A DNA stretch of 64,000 nt from an uncultured Cytophagaceae bacterium. GTDB lineage: Bacteria > Bacteroidota > Bacteroidia > Cytophagales > Microscillaceae. The first letter of the stretch is position 1, and each line of letters starts with the position of its first letter. A model generated the notes under the pieces. It did no database searches. It was not told where the DNA came from and saw only the letters and a program-made list of their open reading frames with translations. The translations under genes and the position numbers were made by a program. The stretch spans positions 21,327 to 85,326 of the forward strand of contig CAZKBP010000003.1 in NCBI GenBank assembly GCA_964551015.1, written 5' to 3'. Below, one piece after another: positions 8,847 to 18,956 of the stretch.

Positions 8847-9927
8847 ACAGTTTGCGAAGTCTTTGAAAATTCCATACCCGTTCTCGGTCGCTTAATATCA
8901 AGTAGTAAGTCCCTATTTCAAATTCTTCGGTAGATAACCGCAGCACCTGAGGCAAAGTATCGCTTGAACACGGGATACTTTTTACGATCCTTCCGTACTG
9001 ATCTCTTATTTCCAAATAAAACTTCTTCGGAGCAGGAGCATCCTTCAGCTTGACTTGAAGCTGATCTTGAAAAGGGTTTGGAAAAACTTGCCAAGCTAGT
9101 GTCTTCTCATTCGAGTCTTCGCTGAGATCGCTATCTACGATCGTGAAAGCAATTAACACGGAATCCCCTCTTGCTCCACTAGCTAATTTTTCTCCAAAAG
9201 CTTGCAAACTCAAAAGATAATGACCGGGAATGGCTTCCCAAGGGACAAACACACCTCGGGGCGAATCTCCAAACAAAGCATAAGGAAGGATACTTTCTAC
9301 TCTTTCTTCAATAATTTCTCCTTGTGAATTTTCTAGCCGAAAACTTACGCTATTGGCTTGTTTTACGAGAACCTCGAAGTTAATAGAGCGTCCCGTTTCG
9401 GCAATATCCAGCGTATCTCCCAACTCGATAGGACGGACTCTGGCATTGGCAAAGGCATTAATGAGCAAAATGCTATCGATACGCGGAGGAGGTAATACTC
9501 GGAACGATATTTCCAAGGGTAGTCCAGCCGTACCCCCTGCGTTTTGCTCCGTAAAAGCTTGTGCAGAAATGGTGTAATCACCAGGGGGTAGCACCCTGCC
9601 CGAAAATAGATCTCCTTGATTACCAAAGAGCGTGAAAGGAGCCAAGTTTTCAACGTTTCGAAACTCGAGAGGCCCTTCTAATTGCAATAAAACACTTCTC
9701 ACCTGACTCCCTTCCGTCTTTGCTTGGAAAGTAACAGCAGGAATCGAGGCAGCATCAAACTGGACGAGCATAGAATCTTGGAGCCTAGCAACTACCGAAT
9801 TTTGAAGCGTGTCAATGAGCAGAATATGATCAATGAGGAGTGAATCTTGAGCAAAAATGGCTTCCGAAAGTACAGAAAAATATAGCCAGAGTAATAAAAA
9901 TCTAGCAAAAAAATAGTTGGTGTACAT
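8845..9927 (-). CDS. Secreted protein with T9SS C-terminal sorting domain and two copies of a beta-sandwich repeat domain
   Basis: N-terminal signal peptide. C-terminal VFPNPFQDQLQVKL...YYLIL fits a Por/T9SS C-terminal domain. Internal repeat containing PF(T/A)LFG is also present in the upstream gene. Confidence 0.7.
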   Translation of the reverse strand: MYTNYFFARFLLLWLYFSVLSEAIFAQDSLLIDHILLIDTLQNSVVARLQDSMLVQFDAASIPAVTFQAKTEGSQVRSVLLQLEGPLEFRNVENLAPFTLFGNQGDLFSGRVLPPGDYTISAQAFTEQNAGGTAGLPLEISFRVLPPPRIDSILLINAFANARVRPIELGDTLDIAETGRSINFEVLVKQANSVSFRLENSQGEIIEERVESILPYALFGDSPRGVFVPWEAIPGHYLLSLQAFGEKLASGARGDSVLIAFTIVDSDLSEDSNEKTLAWQVFPNPFQDQLQVKLKDAPAPKKFYLEIRDQYGRIVKSIPCSSDTLPQVLRLSTEEFEIGTYYLILSDRERVWNFQRLRKL

Positions 9928-9982
9928 GGTTGGTCATTTTGGGATTAATTATTTGCAATTAAGTGCATAAAGATGAATTATT

Positions 9983-10017
9983 GATAAAAAATAGATAGCA
10001 AAATAGCTTGCTATCTA
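9983..10017 (-). terminator. Rho-independent terminator downstream of the 1346-aa T9SS cargo gene
   Basis: TAGATAGCAA-aatagc-TTGCTATCTA perfect 10-bp stem (9992-10017). On the minus strand it is followed by a T6 run (plus-strand A6 at 9986-9991). Confidence 0.55.
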
Positions 10018-10053
10018 TACACAGCAGACGGTCTAGTTTCCTTAAAAACGACT

Positions 10054-13000
10054 CTACTGATTCTTTATAAGTTTAGTTGTATAGGTTCTCCCTTTGGAGT
10101 GAATTTGTAATATATAGACACCTGGATTGAGTGGCCTTAGTTGTTCATTGAGCCAAGCCTCAAGGTGCGCAGCTGAGGTTTGCATAGCTCTTTGATACTG
10201 GCCATCTAGGCTCAGCAGTTTGACCTCTACTATCTCCGAATTTGATTGAGATAACTGGCTCTTCACCTGTAAGCGATGAGAGAAAGGATTCGGATATACT
10301 TGTACTTCGGTCTCTGCGTCAAGAATTGGTTTTGCTACGTTTTCATCAGCCTCTTCAAAATGTGCGCGAGCGGCCAAGTTCGTTGATGAAACTGGCTCAT
10401 AGGGCAAGACATTACTGATAAGATACACATTATCATTATAGTCATAATTGGCTCTTGGGCCTACATAATCCTGAGCCACGAGGTAGTGGTGTTCTACAAT
10501 TTTGCCCTCGTGATCCTTGAGTGGCCATACGCGGAGTGCAAGTCTGCCTGCTAAGGTGTCTTGGTCAGCGTGAGGATAATTTTTATAAAAATCAGTATGA
10601 TTGCCATTAACCACCAAATCTACAAACCCATCTGGGCGAAAATAACCAGTGGCAGCTCTGTGGGCTTGTGCTTGGTTGCTCAGGTGCTGTGGCCGAGGGA
10701 GCAAGGATTGGGCATCCCTGCCTAGGTGCGCAAAGAGAGGTTTCACAGGGCCACCCGCAATGCTGTATCGGATACTCTCGAACTGATCACAGCAACTGTG
10801 ATAAGCAGCCAACTGCATGATACGAACGGCCTGTTTGGGATCAGCCACTGTAAAGAACCTCGTTCTGATTTCGTCCCCCGCGAGTGTAAAATCATCACCT
10901 GCTTTTTTATCTGTGAAGCCAATGTTGGTGCTAAGGCCGAACGCATCCACAATTTCTTGTAAATGTGGCTCGCGGTCTCCTTCTCCTTGCTTTTGCCATA
11001 AACCGTGCAAGAGTACGGTTTTGGGCTGTTTTTCGTGAGAATTATAGATTTTCAGCGCTTCGTGTAAGACTTTGACCAGACCATCTCTGGCTCCGGCAGG
11101 ATTGCGGGCAATAAATTTTAAACGGATATCTAGAGCTTGCCCTGCTGGAATGGACAGAGAAATATTATCCAAATTTGTGATTTGCCAATAATCTGGATTG
11201 GTGATAATCAGGCTATCAATATGAAGCATATCTGGGTATTGGTTATGGAGTCTTAAAGTTACTTCATCGTGATTGGCATTAGGACCCAGCTCAGAAGGAG
11301 AACCAAACCAAGGCTCTTGAATACGACTGAAGCTTAGCTGATCGTGGGCAGGAAATCCATCCAAGTTCTCTAATACTAGCCGAGAAGGAGCCAAAGGTTC
11401 TGTGACTCTAAGTAAGGTCAGCTTGGCTCCTCCAAACTCCGAAACATATAAATTTCCCGTAAGGGGATCTTCTACCAAATCTAAGGGGTCTTGAAAACAG
11501 CGCATACCTGCCTCTCCGGTAACATCTACGAAAGATTTTACGATGTTGTGGGTACGATTATCAGGTTCTAAGATAATGATGTCATCATTTTGGCTGTACC
11601 TGACCACCAAGAGTTTACCCTTGAGTTTCCCTCCAAAGGCTTTGCTCTGATATTCTATGGCTCCATTGGGAGACTTATTATTTTCAAAGTTAAAAGCCAA
11701 GCCATCGTGGTCGAAATTAGGATCAGCCGCAATACCATCATAGGCAGGATTATCTACATCCAGATCGCCTCTATTGAGAATATATTCGCCGCGTCTGGGA
11801 TTAGGATGTCCATAATAACGTCCAGCTTTAATACGATACAACCAATCACTCTGCGTAGGAGTGACCTTGGCCACAGCCGGGATGATCTTGAGGGTAGTGT
11901 CGCTTACTAGATGATTGATGAGGTTTTCTACGAGTGTATCCTCTGGATAAAAGCCAGGGGTATTACCCCCCAAAGCTGATCCATTAGTAGGCACGTAAAG
12001 TTCTCCATTACTGTGCCATACCAAATCATAGGCATTTCTGATACCAGTAGCGTATAGCGTTAAGGGAGCCTCTTCAACGGAGGGATCATAGCTACCTCCT
12101 TCGGCAGTTTTGACATCGAGGGGGAGATCTTTACTGGCCTCCAACTTTTGCAAATCGAGACGCAGTATTGCGGCAGAAAGGAGTTTTTCTGAGCGATTGC
12201 CCCAAGCTGCATCGGCTCGCCCCATGGCTGTATTGCCTCCTTGAGAAATGTATAATTGCTGGTCAGGGCCAAAAGCCATACTACTAGTCAGGTGATCTTT
12301 GAGAGAACGGGGTAAGTGAATCACCATATCCTCTACTGAGTCCAGGTGCTTGCCGCTCAGACGGGCGATATTACCATCCCACTCTGGTCCTTCTTCAAAA
12401 GTGTAATGCCCTGAATAAGAAACCCAAGCGATTAAATTATCGGCAGTAGCCTTGGGGTCAAATACGAGTCCAACGGCCATTTTGGGCCCCGTACCAAAAT
12501 CAGGAGCGCGTTTGTGTTTCCGTAGCGAAGAAATCGTCTCTGCTTCGCCGAGTAGGCCATCTTTATCTATCCTAAAACGTTTAATCAGACCATCAATCGT
12601 CAAAGCGTAGAGCTTCGAGTCTGGGCCGATACAAAGGCTTGTATATTGCTTCCCAGCGGCTTGGGGGAGCGCTACCTTTTCAAAGCGAATATCTTGGAGG
12701 GACTGGCTGAGAAAGTGTGCGCCCGTCCGAAAAACCAAGGAATAAGGAACGATGGCATTCTTATCCAAATCTGTAATGTCTGATTTAAAATCTAAGCGAT
12801 AAGTAGTGTAGCTTTCCAGAGGTGCGCAGGGAACAAGGGTAATTGCATCTCCACCTCCGGTAGAATTGACTTGTGCATCTACGATTTGGTGATTAGATAA
12901 GTTCGTCAAGGTAATGTTGAGATTATTGACCGTGCTGCGATCAAGAGCTGAATTGAGTAAGAATAGTTCCGTAGAAAAGTTTTCATCCAAAGCCACCTCT

Positions 13001-14094
13001 TGCATGTGGTCGATGAGCAAATTACCAGAGCTACCGTGTATTTCTATCACCCAAGGACGGGTCGGGACCCCTTCTTCATAAACCTCAATGGCCGAAACAA
13101 TCGCATTATTCACCACAGAAGTAAATTGAATATCTAAGGTATTATTTTGATCCAATTGAATATTTTCAAAAGTTTTTACCAAAGCGTGAGTGGCTCCCAC
13201 CTCCTGAAAAATATCCAAGCTATCTAAGACTCGTTCTCCTTCAATATCTACGTGGAAGATCCTTTGACCCGCCCGTCCTTCTATACCCTGAGGACTGCCA
13301 AAATAAGGTTCCATAAAATGTAGCTTGACTGTGTAAGCTGAGAAATTGGAACGAACGGGCAGATGATAAGCAAAACTACGACTGCCCTGAGCAACGTAGC
13401 GATAGGTTTGATAAATAATATCTGATTCAGTATTGGCAATCTCATAAGGCTTGGAGGCCGTCCAACCCCCCGTAAAATACTTTCCCTTTTTGTCATTTTC
13501 CCAATTGCCACTGTCTAAATCAGTAATATCATTGCCCCCCACATTGATGCGATAGAGGGAAGTCGGTTCATTAGATTCTATAAACTCGAATTGTACCTGA
13601 AAAACTGAGCCTGACAATCCTGATAGATGTGCTCCTGCAAAAGCCAAAACTTCTAAATTGTAAGTGCCACCCACGGCCGTTTTTCCCTTAAAATCCTGAG
13701 AAGAGGCTTCTCCAAAGAGGGTATAAGGATAAATATTCTCAGTTTGTTGATGAACCATAGCTCCATTCAAAGAGAAAGAAACACTTCCTACTTGCTGGGG
13801 GGAAATTTCTGCTATAATATTAAAACGAAATAATCTGTCTTTGGGCAATTTGATACGATCTCCATGACTAATTTCTTGCAAAATCGCATCTTGATCTGCA
13901 TCTACCAAGAGCAACCGAGTGACCTTCAAGCTGTCCTGAGTGCTAGGTGGAATAGGTGATGGCGGCCTCAAAGATAGAACCGATGTCGAGACAGGGCTAC
14001 CCGACGGAAATAAAGTAGTGGAGTAGCCTAGAAACCAAAACGTAGAAAATAAGGCTAGAAAACTAGCAAAAAAATACCTGGATGAAATTTTCAT
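10054..14094 (-). CDS. Very large secreted T9SS cargo protein with a malectin-like carbohydrate-binding domain and a glucose/sorbosone-dehydrogenase-like beta-propeller
   Basis: 1346 aa. Signal peptide. N-terminal repeat domain shared with 8845-9927. Malectin-like segment (NVGGNDITDLDSGNWENDK...YTVKLHFMEPYF). GSDH-like propeller segment (QQLYISQGGNTAMGRADAAWGNRSEKLLSAAILRLDL). C-terminal VYPNPFSHRLQVK... T9SS C-terminal domain. Confidence 0.65.
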   Translation of the reverse strand: MKISSRYFFASFLALFSTFWFLGYSTTLFPSGSPVSTSVLSLRPPSPIPPSTQDSLKVTRLLLVDADQDAILQEISHGDRIKLPKDRLFRFNIIAEISPQQVGSVSFSLNGAMVHQQTENIYPYTLFGEASSQDFKGKTAVGGTYNLEVLAFAGAHLSGLSGSVFQVQFEFIESNEPTSLYRINVGGNDITDLDSGNWENDKKGKYFTGGWTASKPYEIANTESDIIYQTYRYVAQGSRSFAYHLPVRSNFSAYTVKLHFMEPYFGSPQGIEGRAGQRIFHVDIEGERVLDSLDIFQEVGATHALVKTFENIQLDQNNTLDIQFTSVVNNAIVSAIEVYEEGVPTRPWVIEIHGSSGNLLIDHMQEVALDENFSTELFLLNSALDRSTVNNLNITLTNLSNHQIVDAQVNSTGGGDAITLVPCAPLESYTTYRLDFKSDITDLDKNAIVPYSLVFRTGAHFLSQSLQDIRFEKVALPQAAGKQYTSLCIGPDSKLYALTIDGLIKRFRIDKDGLLGEAETISSLRKHKRAPDFGTGPKMAVGLVFDPKATADNLIAWVSYSGHYTFEEGPEWDGNIARLSGKHLDSVEDMVIHLPRSLKDHLTSSMAFGPDQQLYISQGGNTAMGRADAAWGNRSEKLLSAAILRLDLQKLEASKDLPLDVKTAEGGSYDPSVEEAPLTLYATGIRNAYDLVWHSNGELYVPTNGSALGGNTPGFYPEDTLVENLINHLVSDTTLKIIPAVAKVTPTQSDWLYRIKAGRYYGHPNPRRGEYILNRGDLDVDNPAYDGIAADPNFDHDGLAFNFENNKSPNGAIEYQSKAFGGKLKGKLLVVRYSQNDDIIILEPDNRTHNIVKSFVDVTGEAGMRCFQDPLDLVEDPLTGNLYVSEFGGAKLTLLRVTEPLAPSRLVLENLDGFPAHDQLSFSRIQEPWFGSPSELGPNANHDEVTLRLHNQYPDMLHIDSLIITNPDYWQITNLDNISLSIPAGQALDIRLKFIARNPAGARDGLVKVLHEALKIYNSHEKQPKTVLLHGLWQKQGEGDREPHLQEIVDAFGLSTNIGFTDKKAGDDFTLAGDEIRTRFFTVADPKQAVRIMQLAAYHSCCDQFESIRYSIAGGPVKPLFAHLGRDAQSLLPRPQHLSNQAQAHRAATGYFRPDGFVDLVVNGNHTDFYKNYPHADQDTLAGRLALRVWPLKDHEGKIVEHHYLVAQDYVGPRANYDYNDNVYLISNVLPYEPVSSTNLAARAHFEEADENVAKPILDAETEVQVYPNPFSHRLQVKSQLSQSNSEIVEVKLLSLDGQYQRAMQTSAAHLEAWLNEQLRPLNPGVYILQIHSKGRTYTTKLIKNQ

Positions 14095-14930
14095 GACAAA
14101 AGAATTTAAAAATGTAAGACAAAAATAAACCTGTGAAATACCAAAAAGAATCTAACTTTTAGATAATAAGCTGACCTAGTGCTCCCGTGGTATCTGCTTA
14201 TTTTTTAAAACAGAACCAAAGATGTGAACACCATCCGAAGTAATGATTTTGAAAGAAAATGGCTATATTTGCAATCGCTACCTTCAATCAGTTGCCTGAT
14301 AGCAACCAATCCCTAACAGAGCTATGTAATTTATTTGTTCGTTTATCACATGTTATCGGTGCGTCCATACACGTGAATAGTACGACTTGGTACGGCGATC
14401 TCAAAGGGCCATAACGCTTGCATATTTTCGTGTCAGTTTTACCAGAATTGTCATAACATTTCCAGTGATAAAAACTGGGTGATTGATTATGATCACAAGA
14501 TTACTAGAATTATAGATAAAATCAAGAAAATGTTATAAACAGCAAACTATTGTTACGAACGGAGCTTCTTAGCAAGAAAAATCAGCAAATCATGAGAATT
14601 GGAGGCATATTTTCTCAAATGATCTGATTTTTGATAGAGTTGTTGAGAAACACTGTGCAATCTTTGTGAAAAAGCAAGATTTTCCAATTGATTTCCATGC
14701 TTCCTCAGTCTTAAAATCGTATTTTGAATTAAGAAACTGTCTAGCGTTTTAATTTGGTAGCGAAAAAGTTCTATTTTGAGTTCTTACGAAACCGGTTTTT
14801 GAAAGCATAGCCCCGGCTATGGTTGAAAAAATTGGTGAAGTCAGGTGCTGAAAGAGGACTTTTGCAGCCCCAAGGTAAACTTTAGACTTGCTTCTAAGTG
14901 AGCTTTTAAATATTACAACTCCAAAGAATT

Positions 14931-17900
14931 ATGCCTAAGACTTTAGCCTATTCTTACCTGAGTATTTTATGCTTATTTACCTGCATACCGACCGAGGCAA
15001 AAGTTTCAGGTAAAAAAGTGGTTCCAAACCTCAGTCAACTACAAGTAGACTCACTCTACCCAGCTCCTTTTTCTCTATACGCTCAGAGAGAAGATCCCAT
15101 TCAGATTTATTTCAATGAAGAACTGAACCCTGCGCTGGACTACCGACCCTATCTGCAAGTAGTAGGAAGTTTACAAGGCAATATAGCAGGAGAAATTCGT
15201 GTAGATACAAACCAACTCACGTTCCAGCCAAGTAGATTATTGAAATACGGGGAGAAAATAGAGGTATGCATTTACCCCGGCGTACTTTCTGCAAGTGCTA
15301 ATACCTTGGCCTTTGCCTATCATTATCAATTTCAGGTGCGCTCTTTGCCTATTGAGCCCAATTTGAGCAGAAGTACTCTGGTAGGAAACGAGGGGAAGGA
15401 CGCTGGAGAAGGCAAACACGTCTATACCGTGGATGTAGATCGAGATGGAGATATTGATATCATTTCGGCACACAGTAAAAATAATGACGATTTGGGTAAG
15501 ATTATCTGGTACGTCAATGAAGGTGAACTTAATTTTAGACCCAAGATCATTGATCCGCAGGCTATTGGTGTTAACCATTTGCAAGCCTGCGATTTAGATC
15601 AAGATGGCTATCTAGATATACTAGCTACGGTTCCTACCGAAGCGGATGATCGTATTGTTTGGTATCGCAATCAAAATAATCTAGACTTTAGCGAAGGCTT
15701 AGATATTAAGCCGCCTCCTGGAACCGTGCCTATCATGGGGATTAATTCTATACAAACTGGGGATTTAGATGGAGATCAAGATATAGATTTAGCCGTGTGT
15801 GTAGAGTTTAACGATATGGTTTTGTGGATCGAGAATCAAAACCAAAATCCCTCCACGGTAAATCCAAATCAATTCAAGTGGCACTTACTGACTGATTTGA
15901 CAGGCGGTGCCAAGGACGTAAGTATAGCAGATTTAGATCAGGATGGGCGTTTGGATATCGCAGTGGCTGCCAAAGGTGTTTCAACGAAAAACAGAAGCAA
16001 AAGCGATGTAAAAGTAGCTTGGTTCAAAAATCAGGGTGATAGGATTTTTGATACTCGTATCCTCATTCGAGGAGGGCGCTACGAAGCATTCTCCATTGTT
16101 CCTGCTGATTTGGATGGCGATGGCGAGGTTGATTTGATATTAGGAAGCCGTAGAGGTCTGGGAGCAGTAGGGAGGCTATCGTGGCTTCAAAGTTTGGGAG
16201 AAGGAAATTTCTCTGATGAGAAAATTATCACTGATTTTGGTTCTGGTATAAAATCCGTGAATGCTACGGACCTAGACGGGGATTTGGATCTAGATATTGC
16301 GTATGTCTCTCCTTTGAGGAGTGAACTCATTTGGTACGAGAATGAGGGTAATCTTGTCTTTAACCGAAGATTTGTATCTAATGTCAGTAAGATAGAAGCT
16401 ACACAAGCTACTGATGTAGATCAAGATGGATATGTGGACTTAGTTTCTATCTCTGGGACAACTGGGAATGGTAGAGTGTCTTTGAGTAAAAATGTTCCAG
16501 CCCTATTTATTAAGGAGGCGTTCGTAGGAGAGCATTCCGATCACGTTTTGAGAGAGACGAAACCTTGGGTCGTCTTTTCTGAAAAAATAGATGAAGCTTC
16601 CCTTGATCCTAAGGGCTTCTTTGTGAGAAGTAAAATCAGAGGGCGTCTCTCTGGAAACTACGTGATAAGAGAGGATACGGTTTTTTTTGAACCCGATAGC
16701 CCTTTTTTGGCGGGCGAACCTTGTACCCTGTATCTGAATCAAAATCTGCAATCGGTCAATGGAAAAACCCTGAGCCGTAATTTTGCCTTTGAATTTGTCA
16801 GTAGAGTAGAAGAAAACACCACCGAGTTCAGACCATTACGGATTGATTCTGCAGATGTATTAACCCCGGTTTCTCTGCAGATTACCGACCTTGACCTAGA
16901 TGAAAAGCTAGATATTATTGTCGCTAGGAGCGAAGGAGGAGAGAGCAAAGTAGATTTCTATCAACAAAAAACGGCCAGAAATTTTTCCAAATACAAACTA
17001 GCTCAAGACTTGCGCGGCGTAAACGACTTAGATATTCTAGATATCAAGATAAATGAACCCCCAAACTTGCTCGTAAGTGATGAAATTGACGCTGAAATTG
17101 CTTGCTACTATTGGCAAGATTTTCCTAGTTCGCCCCCGACTTTTGCTACCAAAAATGTCACAACATTTCAGCCAAGATTTGTCCTTTCCACGGATATGGA
17201 TGGAGACGGCGATACAGATATACTTGCGATCTTCCAAGAAGAAGACCGAACCAGAACCTCTTGGCTGGAAAATATCAATGGAACCTTTAGCGAGCAAGTC
17301 ATTGATGAGAATATATTGGAAGCAAGCGCACTCACTGTGGCAGATATGGACCGGGATGGAGACCAAGACGTGCTGATTGCCTATGCCGTTGCTAACCGAG
17401 TGACTTGGTACGAAAACGACGGGCTTCTCAACTTTGCCGAAAGAAATCTTGAACAAGAATTGGCAGTTGGTAAACCAACTTCGGTTCAAACTGCTGATTT
17501 AAATCAAGACGGATACATGGACATCCTGGTCGCTGCCGAAAAAGAAAACAGCTTTTTCTGGTTTCAAAACAAGGGCAACCATCAATTTACTAAAAGAGTT
17601 TTGGAAAGCTTCCCCGAAGATAGAGTGACCTCCAAAGTAACTGCCACAGATGTAGATGGTAATGGACATCTGGATATTGTCTACTCGATTCCCAATGAAA
17701 GTAAATTGATCTGGTACTCGAACTTAGGCGGAGGTCATTTTGAGAGCCAAGCACGCATTATCAGCGATACACAAACTGATCTCAAAGATTTCTTCCCCGT
17801 TGATCTAGACAATGATGGCGATATGGATGTAGTTACGGCTTTGGGCACTGAAAAACAATTGGTATGGCTGGAAAATAAACCACTCATGCGTATAATACAA

Positions 17901-18953
17901 ACGCAGCTTTCGCCTGCCCCGGGAGACAGCCTCATCTCAGATAGAGCTAATATTGAGCTGTTTTTTTCCGAAGAGATTGATCCAGCTACGGCTCGTTTTC
18001 CGAACATTATCGTACAAAATCAAAAGGGAGATACCTTGGCCGGAACTATCCAAGTTTCAGGTTATCAAGTGTCCTTCCAACCCGAATCTAATTTTACACC
18101 CGAAGATACCATCTACGTGACCATCACCATTGATGTGCTAAGTAAGCAAGCCAAATGTATAGCCAAAGATTACACTTATTTTTTTGTAATAGCCCCCGCC
18201 ATTTGCCTTGAGGCCAGCGAAAGCGGAGGTTGTGCCCCCTTCCCACTGGAAATAAATGATTGTAGCGCAGGGAGCTTAGAAATTAGGTACATCTATGAAT
18301 CTGGGCAGATTCCTACCTTAGAAAAAAAGCATACTTACAAGCAACCGGGCATTTACAACCCTCAGCAAATTATCTTCTACAGAGATGGCATTGACACTAT
18401 GATGCTTTCTAAGCCCATCGAGGTACTACCTGTTCCTGAGGAGTTGCGTATCTTGGTAGAAAACGAGCAATTAGCCATTTGCCCAGAGAGCAGACTTACG
18501 CTAAGGGTCAGCCCTGCCTATGATACCGAAACTTACGAATGGTTTCGAGAAGATGAGGATGTTGCTTTTGCCCAAGGACAAGAAATCCAGATCCAAACCG
18601 CGGGTAGCTACCGAGTGCAGGCAGAAAATATTTGTGGTCTTTTGGCATCGAAACCCTTGGTAATTCCCGAGCTGGAAGTGTTTTTGCCTAACCTCTTCAC
18701 GCCCAATGGAGATGGCAATAATGATGTATTCCGTCTGCGCTCTACGGATTTATCCCAATTAAAAAGCATAGAATTGATTGTCCTAGACCGTTATGGTAAT
18801 CAAGTTTATGCTACTAAGAACATACAAGAAGCCAGCGAAAAAGGCTGGGACGGTGGCTCACAGCCTTCTGGTAATTATACCTGGACTTTAAAAGCTGAAC
18901 TAGAAGGGTGCCAAGGCTACTCCGCCCAAGGTCGTTTGACTCTGTATCGCTGA
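14931..18953 (+). CDS. FG-GAP/VCBS-repeat (integrin-alpha-like propeller) secreted protein with a type-B T9SS sorting domain ('gliding-motility' C-terminal domain)
   Basis: 1340 aa. Signal peptide. About 14 Asp-rich FG-GAP/VCBS repeats (DVDRDGDIDIIS, DLDQDGYLDILA, DLDGDQDIDLAV, ...). Ig-like segments. C-terminal LPNLFTPNGDGNNDVFRLR is the hallmark of the type-B T9SS C-terminal domain. Confidence 0.75.
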   Translation: MPKTLAYSYLSILCLFTCIPTEAKVSGKKVVPNLSQLQVDSLYPAPFSLYAQREDPIQIYFNEELNPALDYRPYLQVVGSLQGNIAGEIRVDTNQLTFQPSRLLKYGEKIEVCIYPGVLSASANTLAFAYHYQFQVRSLPIEPNLSRSTLVGNEGKDAGEGKHVYTVDVDRDGDIDIISAHSKNNDDLGKIIWYVNEGELNFRPKIIDPQAIGVNHLQACDLDQDGYLDILATVPTEADDRIVWYRNQNNLDFSEGLDIKPPPGTVPIMGINSIQTGDLDGDQDIDLAVCVEFNDMVLWIENQNQNPSTVNPNQFKWHLLTDLTGGAKDVSIADLDQDGRLDIAVAAKGVSTKNRSKSDVKVAWFKNQGDRIFDTRILIRGGRYEAFSIVPADLDGDGEVDLILGSRRGLGAVGRLSWLQSLGEGNFSDEKIITDFGSGIKSVNATDLDGDLDLDIAYVSPLRSELIWYENEGNLVFNRRFVSNVSKIEATQATDVDQDGYVDLVSISGTTGNGRVSLSKNVPALFIKEAFVGEHSDHVLRETKPWVVFSEKIDEASLDPKGFFVRSKIRGRLSGNYVIREDTVFFEPDSPFLAGEPCTLYLNQNLQSVNGKTLSRNFAFEFVSRVEENTTEFRPLRIDSADVLTPVSLQITDLDLDEKLDIIVARSEGGESKVDFYQQKTARNFSKYKLAQDLRGVNDLDILDIKINEPPNLLVSDEIDAEIACYYWQDFPSSPPTFATKNVTTFQPRFVLSTDMDGDGDTDILAIFQEEDRTRTSWLENINGTFSEQVIDENILEASALTVADMDRDGDQDVLIAYAVANRVTWYENDGLLNFAERNLEQELAVGKPTSVQTADLNQDGYMDILVAAEKENSFFWFQNKGNHQFTKRVLESFPEDRVTSKVTATDVDGNGHLDIVYSIPNESKLIWYSNLGGGHFESQARIISDTQTDLKDFFPVDLDNDGDMDVVTALGTEKQLVWLENKPLMRIIQTQLSPAPGDSLISDRANIELFFSEEIDPATARFPNIIVQNQKGDTLAGTIQVSGYQVSFQPESNFTPEDTIYVTITIDVLSKQAKCIAKDYTYFFVIAPAICLEASESGGCAPFPLEINDCSAGSLEIRYIYESGQIPTLEKKHTYKQPGIYNPQQIIFYRDGIDTMMLSKPIEVLPVPEELRILVENEQLAICPESRLTLRVSPAYDTETYEWFREDEDVAFAQGQEIQIQTAGSYRVQAENICGLLASKPLVIPELEVFLPNLFTPNGDGNNDVFRLRSTDLSQLKSIELIVLDRYGNQVYATKNIQEASEKGWDGGSQPSGNYTWTLKAELEGCQGYSAQGRLTLYR

Positions 18954-18956
18954 TCG

